DNA of 64,000 nucleotides from Abditibacteriaceae bacterium (GTDB lineage: Bacteria; Armatimonadota; Abditibacteriia; Abditibacteriales; Abditibacteriaceae), in the NCBI GenBank assembly GCA_965277285.1, contig OZ255721.1, positions 1,056,001 to 1,120,000 on the forward strand, read 5' to 3'. Every line of letters starts with the position of its first letter. Positions within the stretch are counted from its first letter, which is position 1. Below are positions 10,482 to 20,663 of this stretch, piece after piece. The notes under the pieces were generated by a model. That model did not search any database, had not been told where the DNA came from, and worked only from the letters and a program-made list of their open reading frames with translations. The translations under genes and the position numbers were made by a program.

Positions 10482-11747
10482 TCACAGGCGCAACACGAAC
10501 CCTAAAACCGCGCCGCCCAAGAGCAGCCACGCCGAATTGATTTTTGTCGTCAACAAAAGCAGCAATGAAGCGGCGAATAGAGCGGCAACGCTTATGCCGT
10601 GCGACGCGCCATGATCAAGCTGCGCGATTGCTAACTGCCACGTCACGACCGCCATTAAAGCCAGCGAGACCGCGTTCACGACATCGAGAAATGAGCGTAA
10701 AACAAGCGAGTTCTGCCATCGTTTGAGAAGCAACGACAGCAAGCCGACGAAGAAAAACGACGGCAGGAAAATCCCGACCGTCGCCACTATAGCGCCTTGG
10801 ACGCCGCCTAATAAATAGCCGATAAACGTTGCGGTGGTGAACAACGGGCCGGGCGTAAATTGTCCAAAGGCAACGGCGTCCAGCAATTGTTGATTGGTCA
10901 GCCAATGCGTGCGCACCACGAAATCTTGTCGCAAAAACGCGATTAAGACATAACCGCTGCCATATAAAACCGCGCCGATTTTCAGAAAAATCACAAACAG
11001 ATTGGACAAACTTGGCGTGGCGCCGACCGCGAAAATCCCGCTCGCTCCGCCAACGGCAAACAACATCGGCAAGCGCGATTTTGGCGGCGTTTCGTCCTCG
11101 ATTCGAGTACTCGATTCCTCCGTTGAATCGCTTATAGTTGTTGCAATTTCTTCGTCAAACGTCTCGGTTTCTGCTTTGTCGTTTCTCTGCTTCCACGCAC
11201 CGAGCAACAAGCCAAAAAACGCCGCGATAAATAAAACCGTGAGTTCATCAACGCCAAGCGCGACAGCTGCAATCGCGGCTAAGGCAACCATCATCGTCAA
11301 GACATTCTTGAGCGTCGTGCGCGCAAATTTCCCCAACGCGTGAGCGATAACCGCGACGACAACCGCGCTCAATCCGTGCAGCGGACTTTGCATTTGCGGC
11401 TGATTTCCCCAGCGCACATAAAGCGCCGCCAGAAAAGTCATCAACAGCGCGGCGGGCAAAATGAAAGCGATGCCCGCCGCGATCAAGCCTTTCCAACCGG
11501 CGCGACGATGACCGATGTGCATCGCCATTTCGGTCGAGTTCGGGCCAGGCACCAGGTTCGTCGCGCCGATCATGTCGATAAATTCCTGGTGCGAAAACCA
11601 GGCGCGCTTCTCGACAAATTCGTGCTGCATCAAAGCGATGTGCGCCAAAGGCCCGCCAAACGCCGTCGCGCCCAATCGCAAAAACAGCGCAAATAAATCG
11701 CGCGGCGTGCTTTGATTTTGGGCTTCGTCTTTCGAGTACTCGATCAT
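10482..11747 (-). CDS. chrA: Chromate efflux transporter (CHR family)
   Basis: FLRLGATAFGGP, PGPNSTE, GAVLYGSGY, GQFTPGP; likely ATG at 11747. Confidence 0.93.
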   Translation of the reverse strand: MIEYSKDEAQNQSTPRDLFALFLRLGATAFGGPLAHIALMQHEFVEKRAWFSHQEFIDMIGATNLVPGPNSTEMAMHIGHRRAGWKGLIAAGIAFILPAALLMTFLAALYVRWGNQPQMQSPLHGLSAVVVAVIAHALGKFARTTLKNVLTMMVALAAIAAVALGVDELTVLFIAAFFGLLLGAWKQRNDKAETETFDEEIATTISDSTEESSTRIEDETPPKSRLPMLFAVGGASGIFAVGATPSLSNLFVIFLKIGAVLYGSGYVLIAFLRQDFVVRTHWLTNQQLLDAVAFGQFTPGPLFTTATFIGYLLGGVQGAIVATVGIFLPSFFFVGLLSLLLKRWQNSLVLRSFLDVVNAVSLALMAVVTWQLAIAQLDHGASHGISVAALFAASLLLLLTTKINSAWLLLGGAVLGFVLRL

Positions 11748-11846
11748 CGCAGCGATTGTAACAAAAGCCTTTGCAGAACACTTTTTCAGATACAAAAAAG
11801 CGCGCACTGAGAGTTTTTCAGCGCGCGCTTTCCCAAAGAATTTCGC

Positions 11847-12380
11847 TTACAATCTTCCGGGCGTATCCAGATCGATTTCGTCCATTTTGTTGTGCGTAAA
11901 TGAGAAAGTTACTGCTCCGACGCCTTCGCCCAGGTGATAAACCAGCCAGCCGTCGCCAGGTTTGTTGGGACGTTTTCCGACGATGTCATAGCGCGCTTTA
12001 CCGAAACGATGGCGAATCATTTGTGGCGAATCGGTCGCTTTAACGCCGAAAGGCAAGGTGCCTCCATACGCGCTTACGCCGCCTTTGATTGGTACAACGT
12101 AAACGATGACGCGGCTGATGACGTTGCCACGAAAGAGAAGCGCGAAGCTTTCCGTCGGGTCGTTGGGCCGATCATAACCGCCGCTGTCGCCTTTCGCGTA
12201 TTTTTGAAGATGTTGCGCTTTGACGAAGTTTTGCACCGTTTCGTCTTCGATTTTGTGACCCAGCAAATTGGAGAGAACTCCAACCGTCGGCTCTTTGAGC
12301 GCATTTTCGGCACGCGCCGCCGCCACGGTGAAACCGCAAAACAGCAAAGCGGCGACGAATGTTTTGATGGATGAACGCAT
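11847..12380 (-). CDS. Hypothetical secreted protein
   Basis: Signal peptide MRSSIKTFVAALLFCGFTVAAARA. Confidence 0.7.
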   Translation of the reverse strand: MRSSIKTFVAALLFCGFTVAAARAENALKEPTVGVLSNLLGHKIEDETVQNFVKAQHLQKYAKGDSGGYDRPNDPTESFALLFRGNVISRVIVYVVPIKGGVSAYGGTLPFGVKATDSPQMIRHRFGKARYDIVGKRPNKPGDGWLVYHLGEGVGAVTFSFTHNKMDEIDLDTPGRL

Positions 12381-12477
12381 AATGTTTCTATACTTAATCG
12401 TTTCAACGACGATGCACAAAGGCGAATCGAGTACTCGATCTTCGTAGCGTTTGTAACTCGTGTGTCAAAATAGATTT

Positions 12478-12903
12478 ATGACTCAATTTAACTTCAAAAA
12501 TTTGCCCAAAGGTTTTGAATTTCCTTTCACCAAGCACGAGATTCGGCAATATATAAAAACGACAACCGCGAACTTTGAATCCGTTGAGTTCGATGGCATT
12601 TCTTCGTCTGAAAGTTTCTATAACAAGTCTTATCTGAGTAAAATGCACTTTGCCTGCCGCCTCGAAGCGGAATACAAGGAAGGTGAATGGTGTTTTAAGT
12701 TGGAAGTCAATGGTTTGCGGCCAGAGCGTTATGAAGGACGCCGTGAAGAGATTGCTCAAGCGTTATTGAGTCAAATCAAAAAATGGACAAATGCAAAACT
12801 GGTTCTCTCAGAAACAGCGCCCAAGAAGCCTTGTCGAGCGCACATTTCTTTCGATTTGACAAAAAAGCCCGACGACATCGCCGACTTATCTGAGTGGAAC
12901 TGA
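12478..12903 (+). CDS. Hypothetical protein
   Basis: ORF from ATG 12478 (MTQFNFKNL); no recognisable family. Confidence 0.6.
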   Translation: MTQFNFKNLPKGFEFPFTKHEIRQYIKTTTANFESVEFDGISSSESFYNKSYLSKMHFACRLEAEYKEGEWCFKLEVNGLRPERYEGRREEIAQALLSQIKKWTNAKLVLSETAPKKPCRAHISFDLTKKPDDIADLSEWN

Positions 12904-12988
12904 GGAGCAACGTTGTTCGAGTACTCGATTTCCCTTTGCGTCTTTGCGGTTGGCTTGCTATATTCGTTGTGCATTTCAAACCAACATT

Positions 12989-14053
12989 ATGAGCGAAAAA
13001 CTTCCCGACACAACTTCCGCGACAAACGCGCCTGCGACTTACGCTTCGGCTGGCGTCAATATCGAAGCTGGCAACGAACTGGTCAGGCGCATCAAACCTT
13101 TGGCGCAAAAAACCTTTACTTCTGGCGTTTTGGGCGGCATCGGCGGCTTTGGCGCGCTGTTTCGTCCCGAATGGTTGGCGATGAGCGATCCGGTTCTGGT
13201 TTCGGGCGCCGATGGCGTCGGGACGAAACTTAAAGTCGCTTTTGCGCTCAACAAACACGACACCATCGGACAGGATTTGGTGGCGATGAACGTCAACGAT
13301 GTGCTGTGCGCGGGCGCGCGACCGTTGTTTTTTCTGGATTATCTGGGAACCGGAAAACTCGAAGTCGGCGTTGCCGAAGATGTGATTAAAGGCGTCGCCG
13401 ATGGCTGCGAAAAAGCCGGTTGCGCTTTGATTGGCGGTGAAACAGCCGAACTTCCGTCCTTGTATTCTGAAGGCGAATACGACTTGGCGGGTTTTTGCGT
13501 CGGCATTGTCGATAAACCGAAAATTGTCGATGGTTCGAGTGTTAAAGCGGGCGACATCGTTCTGGGTTTGCCGTCTTCGGGATTGCATTCCAACGGTTAT
13601 TCGCTGGCACGCAAGCTGTTGGAGCCGCTGGGATTGAGTACTCAAATCGAAAGTTTGGGCGCGACCATTGGCGAAACGTTGCTGACGCCGACGACGATTT
13701 ACGTCAAGCCGATTTTGAGCGTCTTGGCAAAAGTCCAGATCAAAGCGATGTCGCACATCACCGGCGGCGGTTTTTACGAGAACATTCCACGCGCCCTGCC
13801 AAACGGCACCAAAGCCGTGATTTCGCGCGGCTCGTGGACGATTCCGCCGATTTTCGCGTTACTACAAAAAACCGGCAACGTCGAAGAGCGCGAAATGTTC
13901 ACCACCTTCAATATGGGAATCGGCTTTGTATTGATTGTCGCGCCGCAAGACGAAGATATTGTGCGCCAAACGCTCATCGAGTACTCGATAACGCCAATTC
14001 GCCTGGGACAAATCGAAGCGACCGATGAAGCGCCGCACGTCACGTTGATTTAA
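12989..14053 (+). CDS. purM: Phosphoribosylformylglycinamidine cyclo-ligase (AIR synthetase)
   Basis: TYASAGVNI, DGVGTKL, GGETAE, SSGLHSNGYSL, HITGGG, TFNMGIG. Confidence 0.98.
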   Translation: MSEKLPDTTSATNAPATYASAGVNIEAGNELVRRIKPLAQKTFTSGVLGGIGGFGALFRPEWLAMSDPVLVSGADGVGTKLKVAFALNKHDTIGQDLVAMNVNDVLCAGARPLFFLDYLGTGKLEVGVAEDVIKGVADGCEKAGCALIGGETAELPSLYSEGEYDLAGFCVGIVDKPKIVDGSSVKAGDIVLGLPSSGLHSNGYSLARKLLEPLGLSTQIESLGATIGETLLTPTTIYVKPILSVLAKVQIKAMSHITGGGFYENIPRALPNGTKAVISRGSWTIPPIFALLQKTGNVEEREMFTTFNMGIGFVLIVAPQDEDIVRQTLIEYSITPIRLGQIEATDEAPHVTLI

Positions 14054-14116
14054 CGTCATTTCATAATTTGTCTTCTTATAGAAAACAGGTTAATGGTTCA
14101 ATTGAGTGAGTCGCTG

Positions 14117-14205
14117 GAAAGAACCCCGAGCGTCAGCGACGGGTGAAACGTAAAAGTTCGTTCATCCGTTACGTTTCACCCGTCGCTGACGCTCGGGGTT
14201 CTTTC
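14117..14205. repeat. REP-like inverted repeat, family A
   Basis: 37-bp perfect arms GAAAGAACCCCGAGCGTCAGCGACGGGTGAAACGTAA downstream of purM. Confidence 0.85.
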
Positions 14206-14308
14206 TTGGAGAGTTCAATCTATCTCACCACCTGAGCTGCTGCCGAAAATAGAATTTTGTCATTTCGATGTATTGCGAATGAGTTTGCATCCTTTTTGCG
14301 AGAAAGTG

Positions 14309-14337
14309 TTGCCGTTGCCGGAGATGTCGCGTATAAT
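14309..14337 (+). promoter_or_regulatory. Sigma70-type promoter of the tRNA cluster
   Basis: TTGCCG-17 bp-TATAAT about 30 bp upstream of tRNA-Pro. Confidence 0.65.
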
Positions 14338-14369
14338 GTGTTTGCATTTGCCGAATGAATGCGACACAA

Positions 14370-14443
14370 CGGGGCGTAGCGCAGCTTGGTAGCGCGTCTG
14401 TTTTGGGAACAGAAGGTCGTCAGTTCGAATCTGGCCGCCCCGA
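14370..14443 (+). tRNA. tRNA-Pro(TGG)
   Basis: CGGGGCG/CGCCCCG acceptor stem, TCTGT-TT-TGG-GA-ACAGA anticodon arm, GTTCGAATC T-loop; CCA not encoded. Confidence 0.96.
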
Positions 14444-14449
14444 TTTTGG

Positions 14450-14525
14450 GAGTTCTCAGTTTTGAGTTCTTAGTTTTAAGTTGATGGCAACCAAACTGAG
14501 AACTTAAAACTGAGAACTTTCTCGT
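14450..14525. repeat. Short heptamer-repeat hairpin in the tRNA spacer
   Basis: GAGTTCTCAGTTTT...AAAACTGAGAACT. The same motif recurs at 59753-59808 before tRNA-Arg. Confidence 0.6.
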
Positions 14526-14526
14526 T

Positions 14527-14597
14527 GCGAGAGTAGCTCAATGGTAGAGCCTCAGTCTTCCAAACTGATGACGCGAGTTCGATCCTCGTCTCTCGCT
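14527..14597 (+). tRNA. tRNA-Gly(TCC), integration target
   Basis: GCGAGAG/CTCTCGC acceptor stem, TCAGT-CT-TCC-AA-ACTGA anticodon arm, GTTCGATCC. Confidence 0.96.
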
Positions 14598-14600
14598 TTC
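14557..14600 (+). repeat. att core, left copy
   Basis: CTTCCAAACTGATGACGCGAGTTCGATCCTCGTCTCTCGCTTTC, identical to 59705-59748. Confidence 0.95.
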
Positions 14601-14733
14601 AAAAACCTGTTTTTCACGTGATTGTTTGCGGCTTTCATGGGAAAAACCCTTATCCGGTAAAGAGTTCTTGAAAATTGGCCGTTTGCGTTTCAAAGCATCC
14701 GACGCCCTTATTTCAACCGAAATGAGGGTAAAA

Positions 14734-15945
14734 ATGAGTTTCAAGTCATCAGTCTTGCGCGAAAATGCGAGCCGAAAAACGGCCTCCAATCGCTCTCCCC
14801 TGCTCCGTGCCGTTCCGCTTTCTCACGCCGTTCAACTTCCCGACGAGCAATCAAACCACGAACCGACAAAAGATCGACGCGCAAAAGATCGACGCGCTGG
14901 TCGTAAATTGACCTCGCCTTATCATCGTCACGCCATGATGGTGCAGGTCGTGGTGCAGGATTCTTTGCCCGCATGCGAAGTGCGCGATGAAATTGACGCC
15001 TGGATCGCCGCCAGCGAATTTCGCAATACTCCCGCGACCCTTCTTGAAAAGAAAAGCGCTATTTCCAAGCTGCCATGGTTCCTTGAAACGCGCGCGTTGG
15101 AAGAATGCGGCACGACAGAGCTTTTGCAGGTCCTGGCGCATGTCAAAAACGGCCATTTGTCGCCGCTGGGACGCTGGGACAATCCGCAAAACAAAACGCC
15201 GGTGCGCCCGATCCGTGTGCGCGGTTATTTTAATGTCCTGCGCGCTTTTTTCAACTATCTGGTTAAAAAAGGCACGCTCACCCACTCGCCGGTCGCTGCG
15301 ATTGATACGCCCGATCCGGGCAAAGACCGCATTCATTTGTTCTCGCCCGAAGACATGTGGGCGATTTTAGAGGCGACGGACAATTCCTGGCATCCAGTGC
15401 GTGACCGCGCTGTCGTGCTGTTTCTCTACGACACAGGTGTGCGCGCCAATGAACTGTGCGGCTTGCGAATGAAGAATGTGGATTTGAAGCGGCGTCGCGT
15501 CGTCGTTCACGGCAAGGGCGATAAATTCCGTGTCGTTGGCCTGGGCGACAAAGCCTTCAATGCACTGTGGAAATATCTGGGCGAGCGAAGCGAACGCGAT
15601 AAACAAGGCAAAAGACGGGAAATCAATCCCGATGCGCCGGTTTTTCTGTGCGACCGGGGCGTGCGCGCGCACGAGGCGCTGCAATACGGCGGCTTGAAGC
15701 AGCTCATCAACCGACTGGGTAAGGCTGCGAGAATTGAGATTGTAAGATGCTCACCGCATACATTTCGCCACACTTTTGCGACCGATTATTTGCGCGGCGA
15801 AGGCGGCGACCTGGCGAGCCTGCAACGGTTGATGGGGCACATGACGCCATCTGTCACACAAAAGTATATTCACCTTTCGTCTTGCGACTTATCGACAACG
15901 CATCGAAAAAACAGCCCGGCAGACCGTTTATTACGGCGAAAGTAA
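14734..15945 (+). CDS. Tyrosine recombinase / phage integrase (start codon uncertain)
   Basis: DTGVRANEL (R), GKGDK, HTFRH, LMGH and QKY catalytic motifs; next to the att site. Confidence 0.93.
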   Translation: MSFKSSVLRENASRKTASNRSPLLRAVPLSHAVQLPDEQSNHEPTKDRRAKDRRAGRKLTSPYHRHAMMVQVVVQDSLPACEVRDEIDAWIAASEFRNTPATLLEKKSAISKLPWFLETRALEECGTTELLQVLAHVKNGHLSPLGRWDNPQNKTPVRPIRVRGYFNVLRAFFNYLVKKGTLTHSPVAAIDTPDPGKDRIHLFSPEDMWAILEATDNSWHPVRDRAVVLFLYDTGVRANELCGLRMKNVDLKRRRVVVHGKGDKFRVVGLGDKAFNALWKYLGERSERDKQGKRREINPDAPVFLCDRGVRAHEALQYGGLKQLINRLGKAARIEIVRCSPHTFRHTFATDYLRGEGGDLASLQRLMGHMTPSVTQKYIHLSSCDLSTTHRKNSPADRLLRRK

Positions 15946-16033
15946 CCAGTTTACAGTTGCAGGCATCGAGCGCCAGTCGCTGAAGGTTTCGCCAGGTGAT
16001 CGGCTGAAAAAGCGCCGATCACGGTAAAATAAA

Positions 16034-16065
16034 AATACAGGCGCGCTCAATGGCGCGCCTGTATT
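16034..16065. terminator. Hairpin terminator between convergent integrase and GH18-like genes
   Basis: AATACAGGCGCGC-6 nt-GCGCGCCTGTATT with a flanking A-tract. Confidence 0.7.
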
Positions 16066-16088
16066 CAAGGGCTGTCAATCAAAGATTG

Positions 16089-17474
16089 TTAATAGCCCGT
16101 TTGCGGGTTAAACCGTAGCTGCCATAACTGAGCGTCCGAGTTGTTCGGTACCCACTCTTGAACCGGCGTTCCCACGCTGGTCCCACCATACTGATCGTCC
16201 AGGGCGAAACCATCGAGGAACTTGACCGTGTAGTAGCCAGGCACGGAAGAGGGCGTCAGCGTAAATTGCTGGCTGTTTCCGCCATACCATGGATAAAGCT
16301 GATAGAGGCCACCTTGCGCCTGGTTGGTCGTGGAGACGGTTTCGCTGCTGTTGGTATAGTACCTCAGCGTCCAATGGCTATCCCAGAAATTGGGTGCCTG
16401 CCAGGTGCACAACATCGTCCATATTTGGTTGTCGTTGACACTGGTCCACTGGTTGATCGCATTGTGGTCGGTTGGGTTTCCGTTACTGGGTGTGTTGGCG
16501 TTCAGCACCAAAGCACTGTTACGGTTGCCAAGCTGGAACACGTGATTGCCGCTGTTGGGAATGCCGATACCGCTTAAGATTTCCTGAACTCCCCAGTTGG
16601 CGTTCGGCGCCCACTGAACGTCAGGCCAGTAGAACCCGCCCGTGGCACCATTGCCAACAGCCCAATTAAAGAATGGGGTGCTGGAGTGGTTATTGCTTTC
16701 GATACCGGGCATCACATGAAACCCATTACCGAACGCGTTGTTCCAGTTCCCTGGATCGTTGCCCGCCCCGCCCTGGTAGCACTGGAGATAGACGAGATCG
16801 CAGCCGCTCCCAAGGTTATGCTTGAGCTGCGTCCAATAGCCTTGATTGGTGTAAGGTGCGAGTGATACCTTGTAGCCCAGTGTGTTCAGTATCTGGCCGA
16901 AGGATGTGGCGGAGCCGACATCATACGTTTGCTCGTCGTCGAAGTTGATCGCGTTGATGCCCGGTGCCGCGTTCTTGAGCGCTTGGAAGTTTCGATAGAG
17001 AATGCTACCGGAACCCGTGCCCTGAGAGTTGACCAGATTTTGGATATTGGTGAAGCTGGCGTCATTCGCGCCGCCAACACAAATCTCGAAGCGATAAACA
17101 CTCGTCGGCGCCGACTTCAGCGCGGCGACGTTTCCCCCAAAGCCGCCATCGCCCACATACTGGCCGTTTGTTACGAGCGTAGAGCCACCGTAGGTGATGT
17201 CGCCGTTAGCCTGCACGGTGGTGGCAAATAGGATCAGGCCATTCCAGCCGGAGCCTTTGAGATTGCCGACACTGGAAGATCCAGTGAAATGATAAAAGTC
17301 GTTGCCATCGGATCCGTAAAGCGCCGTGTAAGCCGCGCGCGCACTTTTCGGATAGGAAAGAGTGAGCAGCAGCGATAAGGTCATCAATAGGACAACTGTG
17401 CCGCGTGTCAGTTTCATCGATAACGCGCCGAATGTGGTGCGTGTCGACGGTACGGTCCGTAGAACGTCTTTCAT
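16089..17474 (-). CDS. Secreted GH18-like glycoside hydrolase with C-terminal ricin-B lectin domain
   Basis: Signal peptide; AINFDDEQ resembles the GH18 DxDxE motif; LQCYQGG; QxW repeats at the C-terminus. Confidence 0.7.
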   Translation of the reverse strand: MKDVLRTVPSTRTTFGALSMKLTRGTVVLLMTLSLLLTLSYPKSARAAYTALYGSDGNDFYHFTGSSSVGNLKGSGWNGLILFATTVQANGDITYGGSTLVTNGQYVGDGGFGGNVAALKSAPTSVYRFEICVGGANDASFTNIQNLVNSQGTGSGSILYRNFQALKNAAPGINAINFDDEQTYDVGSATSFGQILNTLGYKVSLAPYTNQGYWTQLKHNLGSGCDLVYLQCYQGGAGNDPGNWNNAFGNGFHVMPGIESNNHSSTPFFNWAVGNGATGGFYWPDVQWAPNANWGVQEILSGIGIPNSGNHVFQLGNRNSALVLNANTPSNGNPTDHNAINQWTSVNDNQIWTMLCTWQAPNFWDSHWTLRYYTNSSETVSTTNQAQGGLYQLYPWYGGNSQQFTLTPSSVPGYYTVKFLDGFALDDQYGGTSVGTPVQEWVPNNSDAQLWQLRFNPQTGY

Positions 17475-18009
17475 TACAATACTCCTTAAATTTTCTCAGG
17501 CTTTTGTGAATGGGATACCGGTATTATACCCATCCGCATAGGTTTTCAAACATCGTTTGTAACCTTTTCTAAAAACCAGCGACTTGAAGATGCCGATGCT
17601 TCGCTTCAATATCGCCGACGCCGACATTGAAGCGAAGCATCGGCATTTCAGCCCTGCTGAGGAGATTTGAAAAGTGAGTGGCCAAAACGCTGAAGAATGA
17701 AAGATGGTACGTGAGCGAGGCGGCGGGCGGAAGCGGCGGCGGAGAATGGTCACCGAACCACTTTCACCACCTAAGTCGCAAAGCTGAAAAAGCGAGTACT
17801 CGAAGGTCTGGGTCAACACAAAGGCCAGCGTTTATCAGATGTCGGGGACCCGCCGCCGCGCCGCGCAAAAACACGCGCTGAAAGGATTACCAAACGGCGC
17901 GGCCAGACTTTTACCCGCATTTGGTCAAAGTGTTGTTAAGAGAAAACTGTTAGCGCAAAAGAAAGCGACACCCCGTTGACAAAACGTAGCCTATGCGCGT
18001 TGCGAAATT

Positions 18010-19422
18010 ATGCACACTACACTTGAAGACAACCAGACGACGAATTCCCGTGAAGCCGCCAGTCAATTAGGCGCGACTTATGACGAGTTGTGCCAATTCG
18101 CTGTGACGCTTTGTCATGCGGACGCGGCAGCGCTCTTTTTCTTCAATGAAAAGCAACGCGTAGGCAACACGAATTCGCCCGGTTGCAACGAAGCCGCGCG
18201 CGATTTCTTAAAGCAGCAGACAGAATATTTCACCATCAGTGCCCATGAAATCAATCCCGAACACGGCGATTTGCTGACCTATAACAGCACCGATTTTCAC
18301 AGCGCGGCGGGCGCGCCACTACTTTCGCAGGGCAGCACAAACCTTGGCACCTTGCTGGTTTTTTATGCCGAAAATCGCGATAACAGCACGCCATCGAGTA
18401 CTCAGTTGAGTACTCTGACAATGCTGGCGCGTCAGGCAGTTTCGCACTGTGAGCAGCAGCGGCGATTAAACGAATATCAAGCCATCGAAGACGATTTGCG
18501 CGAAAGCAACGCCATTCTCGAAGCGACACAGGAAGCCGCCGCCGACGGCATTTTCTTGGTGGACGACAGCGGCGTTTTGGTTCGTTACAACAAACGATTT
18601 CTGGAGTTGTGGCGCATTCCCGCCGAGCAGATGGAGGAATTGCAGCTCAATCGGCAATTGATGTTTTTCGTGATGGAGTCGCTGCACGAGCCGGACGATT
18701 TTATCAACTGCATCAGTTATTTATACGAGCATCCGCACGCATCGGCGCGCGACGAAGTCGAACTTAAGGATGGGCGCATTTTCTATCGCTATTCGGCTCC
18801 GGCGCTTTCACGCGAAGGCCATTCTTATGGGCGCGTCTGGTCATTTACCGACATCAGCGAACTCAAAGAACGCGAGCGCATTATCTGCCAACAGCAGGAG
18901 CAATTGCGCGAAGCCAACGCCCAACTGGAAGAACTCGCGACGCGCGACGGCTTGACCGGAATTCTCAATCGCCGCGCTTTTGAGGCTCGCCTGGCCGACG
19001 AAATACGGCGCGCCGACCGGTATCGTTTGCCGCTGTCGCTTATCATTCTCGATGTTGATAAATTCAAAAGTTACAACGACGAGTTTGGTCATCCTGCCGG
19101 CGACGAAGTCTTAAAAATGGTGGCGCACCTGCTGGATACAGAAACGCGCGCAACCGACATCGCGGCGCGTTATGGCGGTGAAGAGTTCGTCATCATTTTG
19201 CCGGACACGGAGCACGAAGGCTCCCTGATTCTGACGAACCGGATGCGCAGCTACATCGAACACGGCGCGTGGACCGAGCGCGCGATCACGGCTAGTTTTG
19301 GCGTGTCTTCGCTTTCGCCGGAAATCAGCACTGCGCAAGCGCTGCTCGAATCCGCCGACAAAGCGCTTTATGCCGCCAAAGAAGCAGGCCGCAACCGCGT
19401 TTTTCACTATCTTGATTTGTAA
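18010..19422 (+). CDS. Sensor (GAF/PAS) diguanylate cyclase
   Basis: DGLTGILNRR, DVDKFKSYND, ARYGGEEF, ADKALYAAK; PAS-like DGIFLVD region. Confidence 0.92.
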   Translation: MHTTLEDNQTTNSREAASQLGATYDELCQFAVTLCHADAAALFFFNEKQRVGNTNSPGCNEAARDFLKQQTEYFTISAHEINPEHGDLLTYNSTDFHSAAGAPLLSQGSTNLGTLLVFYAENRDNSTPSSTQLSTLTMLARQAVSHCEQQRRLNEYQAIEDDLRESNAILEATQEAAADGIFLVDDSGVLVRYNKRFLELWRIPAEQMEELQLNRQLMFFVMESLHEPDDFINCISYLYEHPHASARDEVELKDGRIFYRYSAPALSREGHSYGRVWSFTDISELKERERIICQQQEQLREANAQLEELATRDGLTGILNRRAFEARLADEIRRADRYRLPLSLIILDVDKFKSYNDEFGHPAGDEVLKMVAHLLDTETRATDIAARYGGEEFVIILPDTEHEGSLILTNRMRSYIEHGAWTERAITASFGVSSLSPEISTAQALLESADKALYAAKEAGRNRVFHYLDL

Positions 19423-19528
19423 GGCGCATAGCGTTGTTATTCACCGCTACACTTTGTCGAGTACTCATTAGGCGCGCTTTTGTCTTTTATTTGTGTCCGC
19501 GGTTTGCCCCGTCGATATTTTGAAGCAC

Positions 19529-19563
19529 AAACAGCAAGTACTCGGATTGAGTACTTGCTGTTT
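19529..19563. terminator. Double-palindrome hairpin, terminator-like
   Basis: AAACAGCAAGTACTC-GGATT-GAGTACTTGCTGTTT followed by a T-run. Confidence 0.7.
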
Positions 19564-19787
19564 TTTACGACTCGACGTACAAGTATTCAAACCTTATACG
19601 TCACAAAGCCCAACACATCGCCAACCATCTCAACACCCTGACGCCCGACGAACGCGCCCTCGTCCTGCACAAAGCCCAGATAAAATGAGGTGACCTCGCA
19701 GAACGAGAAACGGACAATGAACCAGGACGATTGACCTGCGTAATCGAAAGCGGAGCGTTTTGGTAAAACTGGGGATCGAGGCGAAAA

Positions 19788-20216
19788 ATGCAAATCGATC
19801 CCAAATACAAGTTGCCGCGCAAAAACTTGACGGGAACACACTATCATCAGTTGGAGGTCGTCGGGTTCGTGGACACGGTGCGCGAAGGCGGATCCGTCGT
19901 CAGCCGATGGCTTTGCCGTTGCGATTGCGGACAGGAAGTCATTGCCTTACGCCGCCAGGTCTCGCCGCGCGGCTCGTGCATTCGCTGGTGGGCTTGTCCC
20001 GGCTGCATGGCGAAAACGTGCGACATTTGCGACGATAAGTTTTCGCACAACCGCGCGACCCAACATTGCACCAAGCCAGAATGCAAAACCAGGTGGGACT
20101 CCCGCCGGTCCGCAAAAATGGGCGCTGAACGTCAAAAGCGATGGAGAGAACGACACTCGAAAAGCGCGCCGGTGAGATCGGAGCCATCGAGCCGATGTGA
20201 CCAACCCATTTATTGA
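19788..20216 (+). CDS. Phage-type Cys-rich hypothetical protein
   Basis: NLTG...WLCRCDCG, an N-terminal motif seen in phage HNH/AP2-type proteins; further CxxC pairs. Confidence 0.55.
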   Translation: MQIDPKYKLPRKNLTGTHYHQLEVVGFVDTVREGGSVVSRWLCRCDCGQEVIALRRQVSPRGSCIRWWACPGCMAKTCDICDDKFSHNRATQHCTKPECKTRWDSRRSAKMGAERQKRWRERHSKSAPVRSEPSSRCDQPIY

Positions 20217-20224
20217 GAAGACCT

Positions 20225-20605
20225 ATGTTATGTTTTGAGATCTACATCAACGGCAAAAAGATTTGCACTGCTGGTCCACCTGAACATGGAAGTTTTTCCA
20301 CCACTGTTTCTTGGCACAATCGTATGCAAGCGGAAGGCGAGGTCGTCAATGATAGTCACAATGGCGAGATTTATGCGACAGGGTATGAAGACCATGACCC
20401 GTGGCAAGGGAAACACCTTAAGTGGTTTGCAGAGTGCGCGAATTGGACTCTTGGTGACGAGATAGTGATCAAAGTTGTTGAATCCGATTCTCCTGATCCG
20501 GCGGAACCTTGGGTGGTCGGGTTCACGCCTGAACAAGAGAAACAGGCCAGAGAGTTTCGGCGCCGAAACTACGAAAAGCTCAAACATGAGTTTGAAAGTG
20601 ACTAA
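20225..20605 (+). CDS. Hypothetical protein
   Basis: MLCFEIYINGKKICTAG...LGDEIVIKVVESD ORF. Confidence 0.6.
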   Translation: MLCFEIYINGKKICTAGPPEHGSFSTTVSWHNRMQAEGEVVNDSHNGEIYATGYEDHDPWQGKHLKWFAECANWTLGDEIVIKVVESDSPDPAEPWVVGFTPEQEKQAREFRRRNYEKLKHEFESD

Positions 20606-20635
20606 GCGCCACCAAGCACAATATTGCTCTTTGAA

Positions 20636-20663
20636 ACACAACAGCGAGTACTCGCTGTTGTGT
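20636..20663. repeat. 28-bp perfect palindrome centred on GAGTACTC
   Basis: ACACAACAGCGAGTACTCGCTGTTGTGT; same arms as 29235-29279. Confidence 0.9.

Noticed and set aside
14734..15945. Integrase as an integron IntI with a cassette array
   Set aside because: It abuts a tRNA att duplication like a phage integrase. I see no IntI-specific signature or attI, and most cargo lacks complete attC sites.
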